A DNA stretch of 64,000 bases from Lingula anatina (GCA_051362555.1 CM120648.1:20379557-20443556), one strand, 5' to 3'. Numbered from the stretch's first letter, positions 1 to 12,955 are shown. Numbers and translations are program-made. Notes: generated by a model from the sequence alone, not told the origin.

Positions 1-1730
1 TTGTCTTGAATGAAAAAATAGCCTCAAATTATCGTTTTGTGCTTAAACCTTTCATTACTTGAACCACGATCTGTACTATAGCTACCAAGACGTACATGCA
101 TCAAGTTGGGTCTGCTGGGGGAGGGGAGCATTTAAATGATAAAGGAAGTCTACCTGCAAAAGCAGCAGCAGTGGTTTAAATAATCGCTATCTAGACTCCT
201 TTTTCTTTGACAGCAACATAAAAAGTGTTTACGGAGAAAGTCACAGAAAGACCCAACGTTGTTTTGTCTTCAGCATTTCCTCTTCCTTGTTATCTGCAAT
301 TACTATCGTCAATTAATGAAATCGAGAAAGAAATTAAGTGACGGCACATTGAATATACACATTGTAGTCACTAGGTGCATTTCGCTGAGTGTTTACAAGA
401 TCTAACGACACATTTTATCGCCACGCGTTCTAGTTTGATTAGTTTAGAAAATTAAACAGTTACTCTGGCGGCTCTCCGTCATTGCTATGAATCTGACATC
501 GAATTTAATCCAAAATATTAGTAAATTCAGAATTATTAGCTAAAACGTAAATTGCCCTAATTTGTCAGATAATCAAAAATGCCGGTGATCCACGCGGAGG
601 GTACGCTTTCCTGAAGGTAGCGGCGACGAACGGCGACGATATTTTTCTGAATAGTGAACCTTTATTATTTACGAAAAGCCCCCTTTTCAACAGGCGCGTT
701 TTATTAATTACTTCATGTCACAAAGTTAATTTATACAGGCAAAACTTTATTCAAGGAAATAGTTTCACGAAATGAACGAGAGTAAATTATAAGTCGGCAC
801 AAATATAAGGTATACAACAATGAGTCATGTTATGGATCATGTTATGGGCCATGTCGGATTATAATGGCATACCTTGATGCAAAACTGTCTATCGTTTCTT
901 CCACCGCGAGTCCCTTTATTTAATGTAATGTATTACTCATTACCCGTTTCATTTGACACTCTCTCTTTTTATCTCCCTTCCCCTTTCTCTTGTTAGAAGG
1001 AGGGTAAATAATTAAGCACTCAAAATCTGCACCACCAATCTTCAGAAAAACATAAGTCAACGAACCAGTGGGCTGATCCACAACATCCGACAGAGTAAAT
1101 TATAAGTCGGCACAAATATAAGGCATACAACAATGAGTCATGTTATGGATCATGTTATGGGCCATGTCGGATTATAATGGCATACCTTGATGCAAAACTG
1201 TCTATCGTTTCTTCCACCGCGAGTCCCTTTATTTAATGTAATGTATTACTCATTACCCGTTTCATTTGACACTCTCTCTTTTTATCTCCCTTCCCCTTTC
1301 TCTTGTTAGAAGGAGGGTAAATAATTAAGCACTCAAAATCTGCACCACCAATCTTCAGAAAAACATAAGTCAACGAACCAGTGGGCTGATCCACAACATC
1401 CGACACAGCAGAATGAATCAAATAACAGCTAGCACAAATTTATATGCAGTTAGCTATAGTGTCACTACATACATAATCAGCTGCACGCGCGAAGCTGTTG
1501 AACAAAAGGATAGTTCGCTACGGGAGACCGTTTGTTTACATATGTACTCTAAGGGGGCGTGGCTACCCAGGCGACCAGGGGATTAGGCTAGTTACTATAT
1601 GCCGTCAACAATCATTTAGCGACCCTATCATTATACACTCTCTCTATTGTATTTTCCACCGCATTAATCGCAGTGTAATCTTCAAATGGTCCACGGGGTA
1701 AATGTACACATTCTTAATCCTAGTACGGTA
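1..1730. mobile_element. Dispersed repeat (unclassified, probably non-autonomous DNA transposon), inverted copy of 43114-44533; has an internal ~314 bp tandem duplication
   Basis: The reverse complement matches 43114-44533 almost base for base. The segment starting agagtaaattataag occurs at ~779 and ~1093 here but only once in the other copy. The shared terminus reads TACCGTA. It lies in a fumarase intron. Confidence 0.8.
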
Positions 1731-1734
1731 CCTC

Positions 1735-2038
1735 TCTACCTAAATTATGTAGTAAAATATCAGGTAAATATTTGGCACTGATACTCACCTTAATTACTTC
1801 TAACCTAAATTATGTAGTAAAATATCAGGTAAATATTTGGCACTGATACTCACCTTAATTACTTCTCCACCTAAATTCTGTGGTAAAATATCAGGTAAAT
1901 ATTTGGCACTGATACTCACCTTAATTACTTCTAACCTAAATTATGTAGTAAAATATCAGGTAAATATTTGGTACTGATACTCACCTTAATTACTTCTCCA
2001 CCTAAATTCTGTGGTAAAATATCAGGTAAATATTTGGC
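1735..2038 (-). repeat. 65/66 bp minisatellite made from the 3' part of fumarase exon 8 plus its GTGAGT donor (~4.5 copies including the real exon)
   Basis: Minus-strand unit GCCAAATATTTACCTGATATTTTACCACAGAATTTAGGTGGAGAAGTAATTAAG|GTGAGTATCAGT. Exon-side edges of the donor copies are at 1789, 1854, 1920 and 1985. Confidence 0.9.
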
Positions 2039-2095
2039 TGGATCTGTTTCCAACTGTTCCAGATATACACCTTCCTCTGTAATCTTTCCAACAGC
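1985..2095 (-). CDS. Class I fumarate hydratase, coding exon 8 (AVGKITEEGVYLEQLETDPAKYLPDILPQNLGGEVIK); gene continues beyond the left edge
   Basis: TAG acceptor and GTGAGT donor, 111 nt, phase 0/0. Resembles the FumA segment [23 protein letters not shown]. Confidence 0.9.
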
Positions 2096-2378
2096 CTAGA
2101 GTAAGACATGAACATCTCTTCAATAATATCTGTACAGTTCATAGAAACACAGAAATTAAAACAAACATGATAGAAGCCATTTTACAACATAACCCGTATT
2201 TATGATCCCATACCTAGATGAGAGCAGTCTGCATGTATGAAGTACCTAGAAGTAGCATTTATAACTATTTTAATAACTGTTTTTATTTAAAAAAATTACT
2301 TGCGTAGTACATCCTATATCCAGAGTATGATTTCTAATACCACGTAATATATGTATGATATATATAAAGCACACTGAC

Positions 2379-2569
2379 CTGTCTGTCTGCTGAGCAGGAG
2401 ACTCCAATACCCACAGGACAGGAAGCTCCATGCCTGGGGAGACGTACAGCACGCACATCATGACAAAAATACTTTCCACCAAACTGTGCTCCGATTCCAG
2501 CTTTTCTAGTCAACTCTAGAATCTGCTGCTCCAGTTCCAAATCTCTAAAGCCTCTGCCATGTTCGTTAC
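2379..2569 (-). CDS. Class I fumarate hydratase, coding exon 7 ([12 protein letters not shown]...[38 protein letters not shown])
   Basis: TAG acceptor and GTCAGT donor, 191 nt, phase 1/0. Contains FumA motifs GAQFGGKYF and [11 protein letters not shown], and the third Fe-S cysteine in VSCSADR. Confidence 0.95.
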
Positions 2570-2820
2570 CTACAGAGTAGCCAAAGTCAGAATTGTTATC
2601 ACATTTTGCCATGTGTGTTACCTAGAATGTGGTCAAAGTCAGAACTGTTATCACATTCTGCCATGTTTGTTACCTAGAATGTGGTCAAAGTCAGAACTGT
2701 TATCACATTCTGCCATGTTTGTTACCTAGAATGTGGACAAAGTCAGAATTGTTATCACATTCTGCCATGTTTGTTACCTAGAATGTGGCAAAAGTCAGAA
2801 TTGTTATCACATTCTGCCAC
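2570..2820 (-). repeat. 52 bp minisatellite derived from the intron 6 acceptor plus the start of exon 7 (~4.5 copies)
   Basis: Minus-strand unit ATGTGATAACAATTCTGACTTTGTCCACATTCTAG|GTAACAAACATGGCAGA; cctag at 2621, 2673, 2725 and 2777. Confidence 0.9.
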
Positions 2821-3325
2821 ATTCAGATGTGGACAAGTCATTCACCTATAACTGACAGTTACAGTAGACGCACCTGCCAGATGTGGACAACTCATTCACC
2901 TATAACTGACAGTTACAGTAGACGCACCTGCCAGATGTGGACAAGTCATTCACCCATAACTGACAGTTACAGTAGACGCACCTGCCAGATGTGGACAAGT
3001 CATTCACCCATAACTGACAGTTACAGTAGACACACCTGCCAGATGTGGACAAGTCATTCACCCATAACTGACACTTAGAGTAGACACACCTACCAGATGT
3101 GGACAAGTCATTCACCCATAACTGACACTTAGAGTAGACACACCTACCAGATGTGGACAAGTCATTCACCCATAACTGACACTTAGAGTAGACACACCTA
3201 CCAGATGTGGACAAGTCATTCACCCATAATTGACAGTTACAGTAGACACACCTACCAGATGTGGACAAGTCATTCACTATAACTGACACTCAGAGTAGAC
3301 ACACCTACCAGATGTGGGTAAATCA
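2821..3325 (-). repeat. 54 bp minisatellite derived from the end of exon 6 plus its donor (~9 copies)
   Basis: Minus-strand unit GAATGACTTGTCCACATCTG|GTAGGTGTGTCTACT...; the real exon end is GATGATTTACCCACATCTG|GTAGGT. Copies farthest from the exon have GC instead of GT. Confidence 0.9.
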
Positions 3326-3435
3326 TCCAGGTATTTTGTTGAGGCCAGTTTCACAGTTTTCAAGTTGAACTCTGCTGAGGTTCCTCCTACCACCACTGCC
3401 AGATGGTAGGGTGGGCATGCTGCCGTCCCCAGGGT
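3309..3435 (-). CDS. Class I fumarate hydratase, coding exon 6 ([42 protein letters not shown])
   Basis: CAG acceptor after a (TTA)n tract, GTAGGT donor, 127 nt, phase 0/1. [10 protein letters not shown] is the class I FH motif carrying the second Fe-S cysteine. Confidence 0.95.
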
Positions 3436-3437
3436 CT

Positions 3438-3478
<41 letters not shown>

Positions 3479-3810
3479 CAAAAGAGCCAAACCACAACAT
3501 GCATTTTTTCTGTGGTGGAAAACAAAAACAAAGATCCCTTGCAGCATCCTTTCAGCTCTCTCATTAAGAACCTTCAATTTTTAGCTCTGTCATTAAATAT
3601 GATTCAGGAACTTATTTTTATATTCAGTTTTCAGCTCTCTCAATAAAACATAATTCAGGAACTTTTTTATTTTTGTTGTTGTTGTTGTTGTTGCTCAGCT
3701 CTCATCTTGATCATGGCCCAGGAACTTCAGCCACATATCTACAAGCTGGTCTTAAAACAGATATAGTTATATACAATGTAAACATACAAACTTGTGCATT
3801 GTCAACTTAC

Positions 3811-4017
3811 CTTAATTTTAGCATCCAAGAACTCCAGCAGTTTACTGGGATTCAGCACAGCTTTTGTTTGTTGGAACAGAAAAGATTTATTGGCAGAGCC
3901 ACCACCCTTGGCAATGAACAGGAAATCATAGCTGTGAGAGTTGGTGGCATACAGTTCAATCTGAGCAGGAAGGTTGGTGCCTGTGTTGGACTCTGTGTAC
4001 ATGTCAAGTGGTGCCAC
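3811..4017 (-). CDS. Class I fumarate hydratase, coding exon 5 ([23 protein letters not shown]...[22 protein letters not shown]...)
   Basis: TAG acceptor and GTAAGT donor, 207 nt, phase 0/0. Motifs [10 protein letters not shown] and KGGGSANK. Confidence 0.95.
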
Positions 4018-4589
4018 CTAGGGAACAATTTTACACAAGGCAGCAAAGCTGTCAAATGTACAGACAAAAAACAGAAAATAAAGATGCAAAATAGGTCATT
4101 TTGTCAATTTTGATGCAATAATAAATAATGCTTATAATAGCACTGTCATTCAACACTGAATTTTAATCATGCACAACAGGTACCATGGTCAATAACAGGA
4201 GCGAACCCAGAGATATTTTCTGACAGTATTCCAAAGTATCTATGTTGATCCATCCTCCATTTTGATGGTCTTCCAACACAAAAAAATAGATACCAGTCAA
4301 TATAAACTTAATAACTTGACCGTCTTCCGGAAGACCCAGAAGATGGTCTCAATCCACCCCTTCAATAAGATTACAGTTTCAGGACCATGAGAGTTCAAAT
4401 TCACATGATGAAAGTCTCAATTTTTGAAAAATGATGACAGTGCATAAAATAATATTACATAATGTTTAAAGACATAAAAAACAATACAACTGCTTATGTG
4501 GAAATACAGAAAATGTGCAGAGCCTCAGGCGGATGAGAGTTAAAAGTCACAAATGCCAGTGTTTGAAAATTAAAAAGGAAAACATAACA

Positions 4590-4815
4590 AAACTAGAAAA
4601 GCACTCTGAGAGCGCAGACCTCTGCCAAGACAGCAACTGTTGATTATTATTGCTTATTGATTGATTACTGATCCGGACCACCACCAAAAACTAATCATTG
4701 TCCTCCTTGCCCACTTCCGACAGTTCCTGAAAATTTCATCAAAATCGGTCCGTAACTTTTTGAGTTATGTTGATGACAGACAGGGGTGAAAACATAACCT
4801 CCTTGGCAGAGGTAA
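4590..4815. mobile_element. Short non-autonomous element, Helentron/HINE-like
   Basis: Starts aaactag, has the inverted pair acctctgccaag / cttggcagaggt, and ends aaaacataacctccttggcagaggtaa. Confidence 0.45.
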
Positions 4816-4881
4816 ATATAATTCCAATGAAGCTGCTATTCAAACTTTTAATCTTCGAGTTTATATATATATATATATATA

Positions 4882-5168
4882 CCACACTGTCCCACTCAAA
4901 AGTTTGTGCAAACGTGCTGATTTTAATGAGATAGCTCATGTAATTCATAAGAGACTGAGTGCCGGCCTTATCAACGTTGATGATCTCTTTTCCAATACGG
5001 AGTGCCCCTTCCATGTACTGCGCCTGTGATAGTCGGTTTAGTGGGATTTTGCTGTCCTTAACCGTTACAAGGAATGAGCCCATGTCTACTGCGTCTTTGT
5101 GTGTTGATCCGGGGACAAGGGAAACGTAGTCTCTGACGTCTCGGAATGGGTTTTTTTTAGGTGGTATC
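4882..5168 (-). mobile_element. Fragment of a DIRS/Ngaro-like ORF1 (gag-like) between two (TA)n tracts
   Basis: Translation ...QYMEGALRI...YMSYLIKISTFAQTFEWDSV resembles the tyrosine-recombinase retrotransposon ORF1 pattern (YxxYxxKI...W.SV). Bounded by (TA)n on both sides. Confidence 0.45.
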
Positions 5169-5370
5169 ATATATATATATATATATATAACTTATTTGCA
5201 ATATTAAACAAAATTTACATGCATACTTATCACTGCTTCCTTATTATCAATCTAGCGGAGAGCTTAACCTTTGGGAGTTTACAGGGAAATATCAACATGT
5301 GTGCTTTATGTAATCTCATTTAAAGACCTATTAATTAGGCAAATAACTTTATAACTCTGAAATTAGCTAA

Positions 5371-6412
5371 GTGATACCCAAGGGGGTCCACAGGAAGGCA
5401 TCTAATCTAGCAGCCAGAGGCGAATTAGGAAGCTATCCAGTGTTAATTCATATGCTTGCCCTGGCAACAAAATACTGGTTTCACCTCAATAAGCTTAACT
5501 TTATGGGTAAAGAATCCCTGGCCACCTTAGCCCTCGACACAGACAGATTTGAAAGTAAAGGTGGTGCCTGGTCCCTTGGCATAAAGCAAATACTCCAAAT
5601 TAGTGATGAAGTCGAGTGTTGGGATAGACCATTAGCCAAACCGATTAATGTCTCAACAAAAAATATCCGGGTCTCTCTCGAGAAAGCGTATGAGCATCAA
5701 TGGGGGGAGGCAATTAAGAAAAGTAGCAAACTTAGAACATATACAAAATTTAAGAAGGATTTTAAGACCGAAAATTATGTGCTGACCTTTGATAAAGCAC
5801 GGAGGGCTACATTCTGCAAACTAAGAATCAGCGCCCACTCACTCCATATTGAGAAGGGGAGGTACAGTAAACCCCCAACCCCACCCCACCTAAGATTATG
5901 TCAAATCTGTAATTCCGGAGAGGTTGAAGATGAAGTGCATTTTATTCTGAAATGCGAGGCCTATAAGGAACTACGGGCGGCTTTCTACGAAAATATAAGT
6001 TTCCTGTGTAATACTAATGCCCTCTCTCCCCCGGATATGTTTATACACATCATGAATACAAAAGAAATGGATGTGATTACGCCCCTCCTCATATTTGTAC
6101 AGAAATGCATGGAGAAGAGAGTAAGTCTTTCTGCGCACGTACAAACCAGATCATAGTACCAGTGTGAGACCCGTTATGCGCTGTCAGCAGAGACTGGGCG
6201 TGTAGATCAAACCTGGTAAATTGATTATGGAATGCGACATTCGTATACATGTGTACAGTCACTGATTTCAACAATTGCTAATCTATATGTATATATATAT
6301 ATTTATTTATCTATTTATTTGTCTGTTCTATGTTCTAGCCACTAGTATCGTATTGTAATTGATTATACCTTTATGTGAAGGTGTTTGTCAATAAAGAATC
6401 TGAATCTGAATC
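5371..6412 (+). mobile_element. 5'-truncated non-LTR retrotransposon 3' end (RTE-X-like), with C-terminal CCHC zinc knuckle
   Basis: ORF 5371-6156: KLRTYTKFK, LRISAHSLHIEKGRY, CQIC...EDEVHFILKC. The 3' UTR ends in AATAAA plus a (GAATCT)n tail. Confidence 0.8.
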
Positions 6413-8234
6413 CAAGGGAAATTTACAGACTAACCCTCTCAAAGGTCTTTCAGGCCCATAAGTCACATCTTAAGAAAAGCACAAAACAATAATGTACAAA
6501 ATAGGAGACTACCAATTCTGATGCAATAATACATTATGTTTAACTGCACAGTCAATATCAAATTTTAATTATGCACAACAGGTAACACCGACGAAAGTAA
6601 AAGCATAAGGCTTCACGCCCATCAGAGTTCAAGTTTATACTTTGAAAGTGCCAGAATGAGAAAAATGAAAATTTCACACAAAATTGCATAAATTCAATAA
6701 TAAAATAATTGACCAATTGACCTGGCTTTCTAATTTTAACTGCATGCCAATCCTAAAAATCATACTTGTATGTTAAAAATAATAATAAGTAACAATTTTC
6801 TTTTCATAATGTTTCCAGTAGCAGTGCAAAAAGATTTTTGTCAATTTTGATGTAACATTACATAATAAATTATAGAATAATTATCACCAATTTTTGATTA
6901 TTGACTATAAATAGCAAGGACATGTAGAAAATTTGATTACCATTCAGCTTCATGTCCATGGGAGTTCTGAGTCCCACAATGAATATGCCAAAAAGATAAT
7001 AATGAATATTTCACTAAAATGTATAACTTCTAGAAAAAGAAGCTAATTAGACTGCTTTTCCAACTCAGGCTGCATTTTAGCCCTGTGTTTCTTTTTTGAA
7101 AGTTAGACAGTCATAAGTAACATGGTTTTCCCATAATGGTCATCATGGCAGCAACACCAAAAATTGTGTTTTCTTCTATTTTGATGCAACATTACATAAT
7201 GTTTAACAGCATAATGACCATCAATTTTTAATAATAAAATATTAGTATCATGGATATTCAGAAAATGTGACTAGCAAAGGTCTTCAAGCCCGTGGAACTT
7301 CAAAGTCACATCTTGAAAATGCCAAAATGTAAACAAGACAGCACTTTTCTGAAATGGGTTTATTTCCATTTTTAACACTTTTTTAACATAAAACAAAATT
7401 AACAGTTTACTGCCATTTTTATATGACCAACTAAGAAAATTGATGAGATGGGAAAAATATCAATACAACAGTGTTAAATGTCCAATTTCCTCCATTCTGA
7501 GATTCTGAACATAGTGGATGATTGAATCTGACAAACTGCAATGATATGTGTTTAATTCCATTTTTGACACTTCATTACACAATACATGATAACAAATTTA
7601 CCCTCATTTTTACATAATCAACTGACAATGTTGTAAAGATGCAGGAAATGTCAAACAAACACTTTTACGTATCTTATTAGTTCAATAATGAGACTATTAA
7701 CATGCCTAAGAATTGAATCTGAGGAAATGTGAAAAACAGCATAACTTCTAAAATAATGGCTGGATTATGCTGATTTTCATACTCAAGCTATGTTTTAGTA
7801 AGATTGACCACTCCTGTGAGTACAATGACAATTGGCCTATCTGTTTTTCTTATATTGTGTTATCAGTGTTGCATATATGCTGAAAAAATTGAAAAAACAG
7901 CATAACTTCCCTAAAAATAGCCTGATCATGCTGATTTTCGAACTTGACCGGCGTATTATGAATATTCATCAGTTCTGTAACTTTCAAGCCAAAAGGCAAA
8001 ACGGTTTTTCACTTATCGTGTTTACGGTTAAAGTGCACGCCAACGGCGACGGCGACGACAGATGCAGATGACGGCTATATGTACAGACACATCTGTGTCT
8101 GTACATAAAAAGTGACTTAAGTTACAATAAATAACTCATGTAACAATAGGCAGACTAAGTCATGTAGCCTAGGCTTTCACGCTCAAAATGGGAAAAGCCA
8201 AGTGCTAGCAAGGCCACGACATAAAAATATGGCA

Positions 8235-8430
8235 GACCTACATGAAAGGAAGACCCCTTAATCCTGTAATGGTCTCTATGCCTCTCACACGCCTCCCTAT
8301 GTGTCGTCCCTACAGGGGCACAGTAATTAGATCTCGGCTCAATTCAACAGTTCACGGGATGACGCATGGGGAGCCATGTGAGAGCAGAGAGACCATTACA
8401 GGATTAAGCAGTCTTCCCTTCATGTAGGTC
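8235..8430. mobile_element. Palindromic MITE (~195 bp); related partial copy at ~9258-9390
   Basis: Long imperfect inverted repeats: gacctacatgaaaggaagac...taatcctgtaatggtctct versus agagaccattacaggattaa...ttcatgtaggtc. Confidence 0.6.
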
Positions 8431-8504
8431 CCCCATATTTAGGTCATGACCTTGCTAACACTTGGCTCTTCTCATTCTGAATTAGGGCAGAGAGTTGTGT
8501 AGCA

Positions 8505-9670
8505 CAAGGCTGACTAAGTCATGTAGCCAGGCCCTTCCCCAGAGGATCATGTAGCTGACTAAATCATGTAGCCAAGGCTTTCCCCAGAGAACCATGTAGC
8601 TGACTAAATCATGTAGCCAAGGCCTTACCCAGAGAATCATGTAGCTGACTAAGTCATGGAGCCAAGGCCTTCCCCAGAGGATCATGTAGCTGACGAAATC
8701 ATGTAGCCAAGGCCTTACCCAGAGAATCATGTAGCTGACTAAATCATGTAGCCACGCCCTTCCCCAGAGAATCATGTAGCTGACTAAGTCATGTAGCCAC
8801 GCCCTTCCCCAGAGAATCATGTAGCCGACTAAATCATGTAGCCAAGGCCTTACCCAGAGAATCATGTAGCTGACTAAGTCATGTAGCCAAGGCCTTCCCC
8901 AGAGGATCATGTAGCTGACTAAATCATGTAGCCAAGGCCTTACCCAGAGAATCATGTAGCTGACTAAGTCATGTAGCCAAGGCCTTCCCCAGAGGATCAT
9001 GTAGCTGACGAAATCATGTAGCCAAGGCCTTACCCAGAGAATCATGTAGCTGACTAAATCATGTAGCCACGCCCTTCCCCAGAGAATCATGTAGCTGACT
9101 AAGTCATGTAGCCAAGGCCTTACCCAGAGAATCATGTAGCTGACTAAATCATGTAGCCAAGGCCTTACCCAGAGAATCATGTAGCTCAAGGCTGACTAAG
9201 ATTGCATTCACAACGAGTTGAACCATGGCTTTACGAATCCTGTAACTAAATATGGTGGACGTACATGAAAGAAAAACCGCCTAATCTTTTAATAGTCTCT
9301 ACGCCTCTCACACGCCTCCCCATGCGTCGTCCCTGCGGGGGTACAGTCATTAAATCTCGGCTCCACTGGGATGACACATGGGGAGAATGGGAGAGAATCA
9401 TGTAGCACAAGGCTGACAAAGTCATGTTGCCAAGGCCTTCCCCAGAGAGTCATGTAGCTGACTAAGTCATGTAGCTAAGGCCTTCCCCAGAGAGTCATGT
9501 AGCTGACTAAGTCATGTAGCCAAGGCTTTCCCCAGAGAATCATGTAGCTGACTAAGTCATGTAGCCAAGGCCTTCCCCAGAGAATCATGTAGCTGACTAA
9601 GTCATGTAGCCAAGGCCTTCCCCAGAGAGTCATGTAGCTAAGTCATGTAGCCAAGGCCTTCTCTAGAGAA
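8505..9670. repeat. 42 bp minisatellite in two blocks (8505-9190 and 9395-9670)
   Basis: Unit gctgactaagtcatgtagccaaggccttccccagagaatcatgta. Accounts for the spurious ORF 8482-9189. Confidence 0.9.
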
Positions 9671-9787
9671 TCATCCAGCTGTCATTTCAAGGGACATTGG
9701 CCTCAAACATATATTTCCTCAAAAGATTGCCAGATAGCTTACAAATTTTTGAATGATGGGTTGGTTGATAAGGTATGCTTGGGTTGG

Positions 9788-10205
9788 ACTCCCTGTACAT
9801 TGATGACCAAATTATAGGTTTACATATTGAACTCCCTGTACATTGATGACCAAATTATAGGTTTACATATTGAACTCCCTGTACATTGATGACCAAATTA
9901 TAGGTTTACATATTGAACTCCCTGTACATTGATGACCAAACTACAGGTTCACAAATTGAACTCCCTGTACATTAGTGACCAAACTGTAGGTTCACAAATT
10001 GAACTCCCTGTACATTAGTGACCAAACTGTAGGTTCACAAATTGAACTCCCTGTACATTAGTGACCAAACTGTAGGTTCACAAATTGAACTCCCTGTACA
10101 TTAGTGACCAAACTGTAGGTTCACAAATTGAACTCCCTGTACATTAGTGACCAAACTGTAGGTTCACAAATTGAACTCCCTGTACATCAATGACCAAACT
10201 ATAAC
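9788..10205. repeat. 43 bp minisatellite (~10 copies)
   Basis: Unit actccctgtacattgatgaccaaattataggtttacatattga, with two sequence variants arranged as blocks. Confidence 0.9.
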
Positions 10206-10308
10206 TCCCCGTACCCCAAATCCTGGGGAATCCCCTTCATGTGGCAAAAGGTTGATCACGCCAGGAAGCAAAAAGTTGACTAACACATTGTGTTTTTGTT
10301 TGTCTTAC

Positions 10309-10409
10309 CTGTGAGTATCTCAAGTTCTTGCTTGTGTAGGTATTGTACACTCCTTTAGAAATAGACTCTGAGTCTTGCCCATCTGTCCACACATACTGGC
10401 CTTTCTTAC
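10309..10409 (-). CDS. Class I fumarate hydratase, coding exon 4 ([34 protein letters not shown])
   Basis: TAG acceptor and GTAAGA donor, 101 nt, phase 1/0. Matches FumA GKKGQRVWT...GVYNTY...NLRYSQ. Confidence 0.95.
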
Positions 10410-11024
10410 CTAGATAAACAATAGAGCAGTAAAAGACAACTTACTTTTCACAACCTGGAGAAATAATTATCGTTGATAAAAATGCATATTTCTATTATTC
10501 CCCTAATACTTTCACACCTGAAGTGTTAAAGGTACATACGAACCGAGCATCGGTGGAGCGTGGATTCCCAGTAACACATGTAAACCACTTCTACTAGATT
10601 CTTATATGACTCAAATAAATTCGACATGCCAAGGGATAAACTGAATAGATCACTCGATCAGCCATAAAAGACCTTTAGACTGCTCCTTTCTTTAAATTTT
10701 TGGTTGTAAATTTAACCTACTTTCATGACCTACTTTCCTGCCCCATTGACATACAGCTTAGAATGCCAGCAGAAAAATCCGTTCAAACATCATTTTCGGG
10801 TAAAATTAAACAGTGCCTTTTAGTAATTCTCTTAGTTATACTACTTGAAACTATATGCTGGCATTTGGTTGGTTTTTGTGACAAAAAATTGACTTTGTAT
10901 GCATCTTTAAACATTTACCAAATTGCTTGCCAACTGAACTGTAGTACTACTTTAAATTATCTTCCATGTTAGTGACTGGCTGATCAAGGTCAAAGGATAA
11001 TTGTTTCTTATTGTCCTTGGAAAA

Positions 11025-12100
11025 ACCAGTCCAGTGTGTTAGGTGTGACAGAGTAAACTCACCCATCACAATGGCTGTCACAGTCCAGTGTGTTAGGTGT
11101 GACAATGAGAACTCACCCATCACAATGGCTGTCACGGTCCAGTGTGTTAGGTGTGACAATGAAAACTCACCCATCACAATGGCTGTCACGGTCCAGTGTG
11201 TTAGGTGTGACAATAAAAACTCACCCATCACAATGGCTGTCACAGTCCAGAGTGTAAGTTGTGACAATGAAAACTCAACCATAACAATGGCTGTCACAGT
11301 CCAGTGTGTTAGGTGTGACAATGAAAACTCAACCATAACAATGGCTGTCACGGTCCAGTGTGTTAGGTGTGACAATAAAAACTCACCCATCACAATGGCT
11401 GTCACAGTCCAGTGTGTTAGGTGTGACAATAAAAATTCACCCATCACAATGGCTGTCACAGTCCAGAGAGTTAGTTGTGACAATGAAAACTCAACCATAA
11501 CAATGGCTGTCACAGTCCAGTGTGTTAGGTGTGACAATGAAAACACAACCATAACAATGGCTGTCACGGTCCAGTGTGTTAGGTGTGACAATAAAAACTC
11601 ACCCATCACAATGGCTGTCACAGTCCAGTGTGTTAGGTGTGACAATGAAAACTCACCCATCACATAGCTGTCACAGTCCAGTGTGTTAGTTGTGACAATA
11701 AAAACTCACCCATCACAATGGCTGTCACAATCCAGTGTGTTAGGTGTGACAATGAAAACTCACCCATCACATAGCTGTCACAGTCCAGTGTGTTAGGTGT
11801 GACAATGAAAACTCACCCATCACAATGGCTGTCACAGTTCAGTGTGTTAGGTGTGTCAATGAAAACTCTCCCATCACAATGGCTGTCACAGTCCAGTGTG
11901 TTAGGTGTGACAAGGAAAACTCTCCCATCACAATGGCTGTCACAGTCCAGTGTGTTAGGTGTGACAGGTAAACTCACCCATCACAATGGCTGTCACAGTC
12001 CAGTGTGTTAGGTGTGACAGGTAAACTCACCCATCACAATGGCTGTCACAGTCCAGTGTGTTAGGTGTGACAGGTAAACTCACCCATCACAATGGCTGTC
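11025..12100 (-). repeat. 54 bp minisatellite derived from the end of exon 3 plus its GTGAGT donor (~20 copies)
   Basis: Minus-strand unit GACAGCCATTGTGATGG|GTGAGTTT...TGTCACACCTAACACACTGGACTGT. The first unit overlaps the real exon end. Confidence 0.9.
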
Positions 12101-12222
12101 CCTGTATCTTGACATCCAGGCAGCACCATGCCTGCTGCAATGTTGGCATTCTTCAGGAACTCTAGAGCCACATACTTGTCATTGTCAGAGGCCTCAGGGT
12201 CACTGAGAATGTTTGACAGTTG
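12084..12222 (-). CDS. Class I fumarate hydratase, coding exon 3 ([46 protein letters not shown])
   Basis: TAG acceptor and GTGAGT donor, 139 nt, phase 0/1. Motifs DPEASxNDKYVAL and LPxCQDTGTA (first Fe-S cysteine). Confidence 0.95.
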
Positions 12223-12646
12223 CTAAAATAACATACACACAGATCAATGGGAACTGAACGTTCATTTCAAAGACTTGTATAACAATAACAAGGAGATGAA
12301 CTGCAAAGAAAGTGAGTTATATCTATATTAACATATAACTTATAAATGTGCTGGCTTCAGTTAGTTATATCTATATATATGAAAGTCTGACCTGTAAATG
12401 TGCTGGTCTCAGTAAGTAAGTTATATTTATATATGAGTGTCTAACCTGTAAATGTGCTGGTCTCGGTAAGTAAGTAATATATATATTTATGAAAGTCTTA
12501 CCTGTAAATGTGCTGGTCTCGGTAAGTAAGTTGTATCTATATATATGAAAGTCTAACCTGTAAATGTGCTGGTCTCTGTAAATAAGTTATATATATATAT
12601 ATATATGAAAGTCTTACCTGTAAATGTGCTGGTCTCGGTAAGTAAG

Positions 12647-12686
<40 letters not shown>

Positions 12687-12693
12687 TTAAGAC

Positions 12694-12768
<75 letters not shown>

Positions 12769-12915
12769 TCTTACCTGTAAATGTGCTGGTCTCAGTAAGT
12801 AAGTTGTATCTATATATATGAAAGTCTAACCTGTAAATGTGCTGGTCTCTGTAAATAAGTTATATATATATATATGAAAGTCTTACCTGTAAATGTGCTG
12901 GTCTCGAAAAATAAG

Positions 12916-12955
<40 letters not shown>

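Noticed and set aside
8482-12011. Long repetitive ORFs (8482-9189, 10947-11663, 11011-11667) that look like repeat proteins
   Set aside because: They are by-products of 42 and 54 bp (multiple-of-3) minisatellites within fumarase introns; the 54 bp array is open on both strands.
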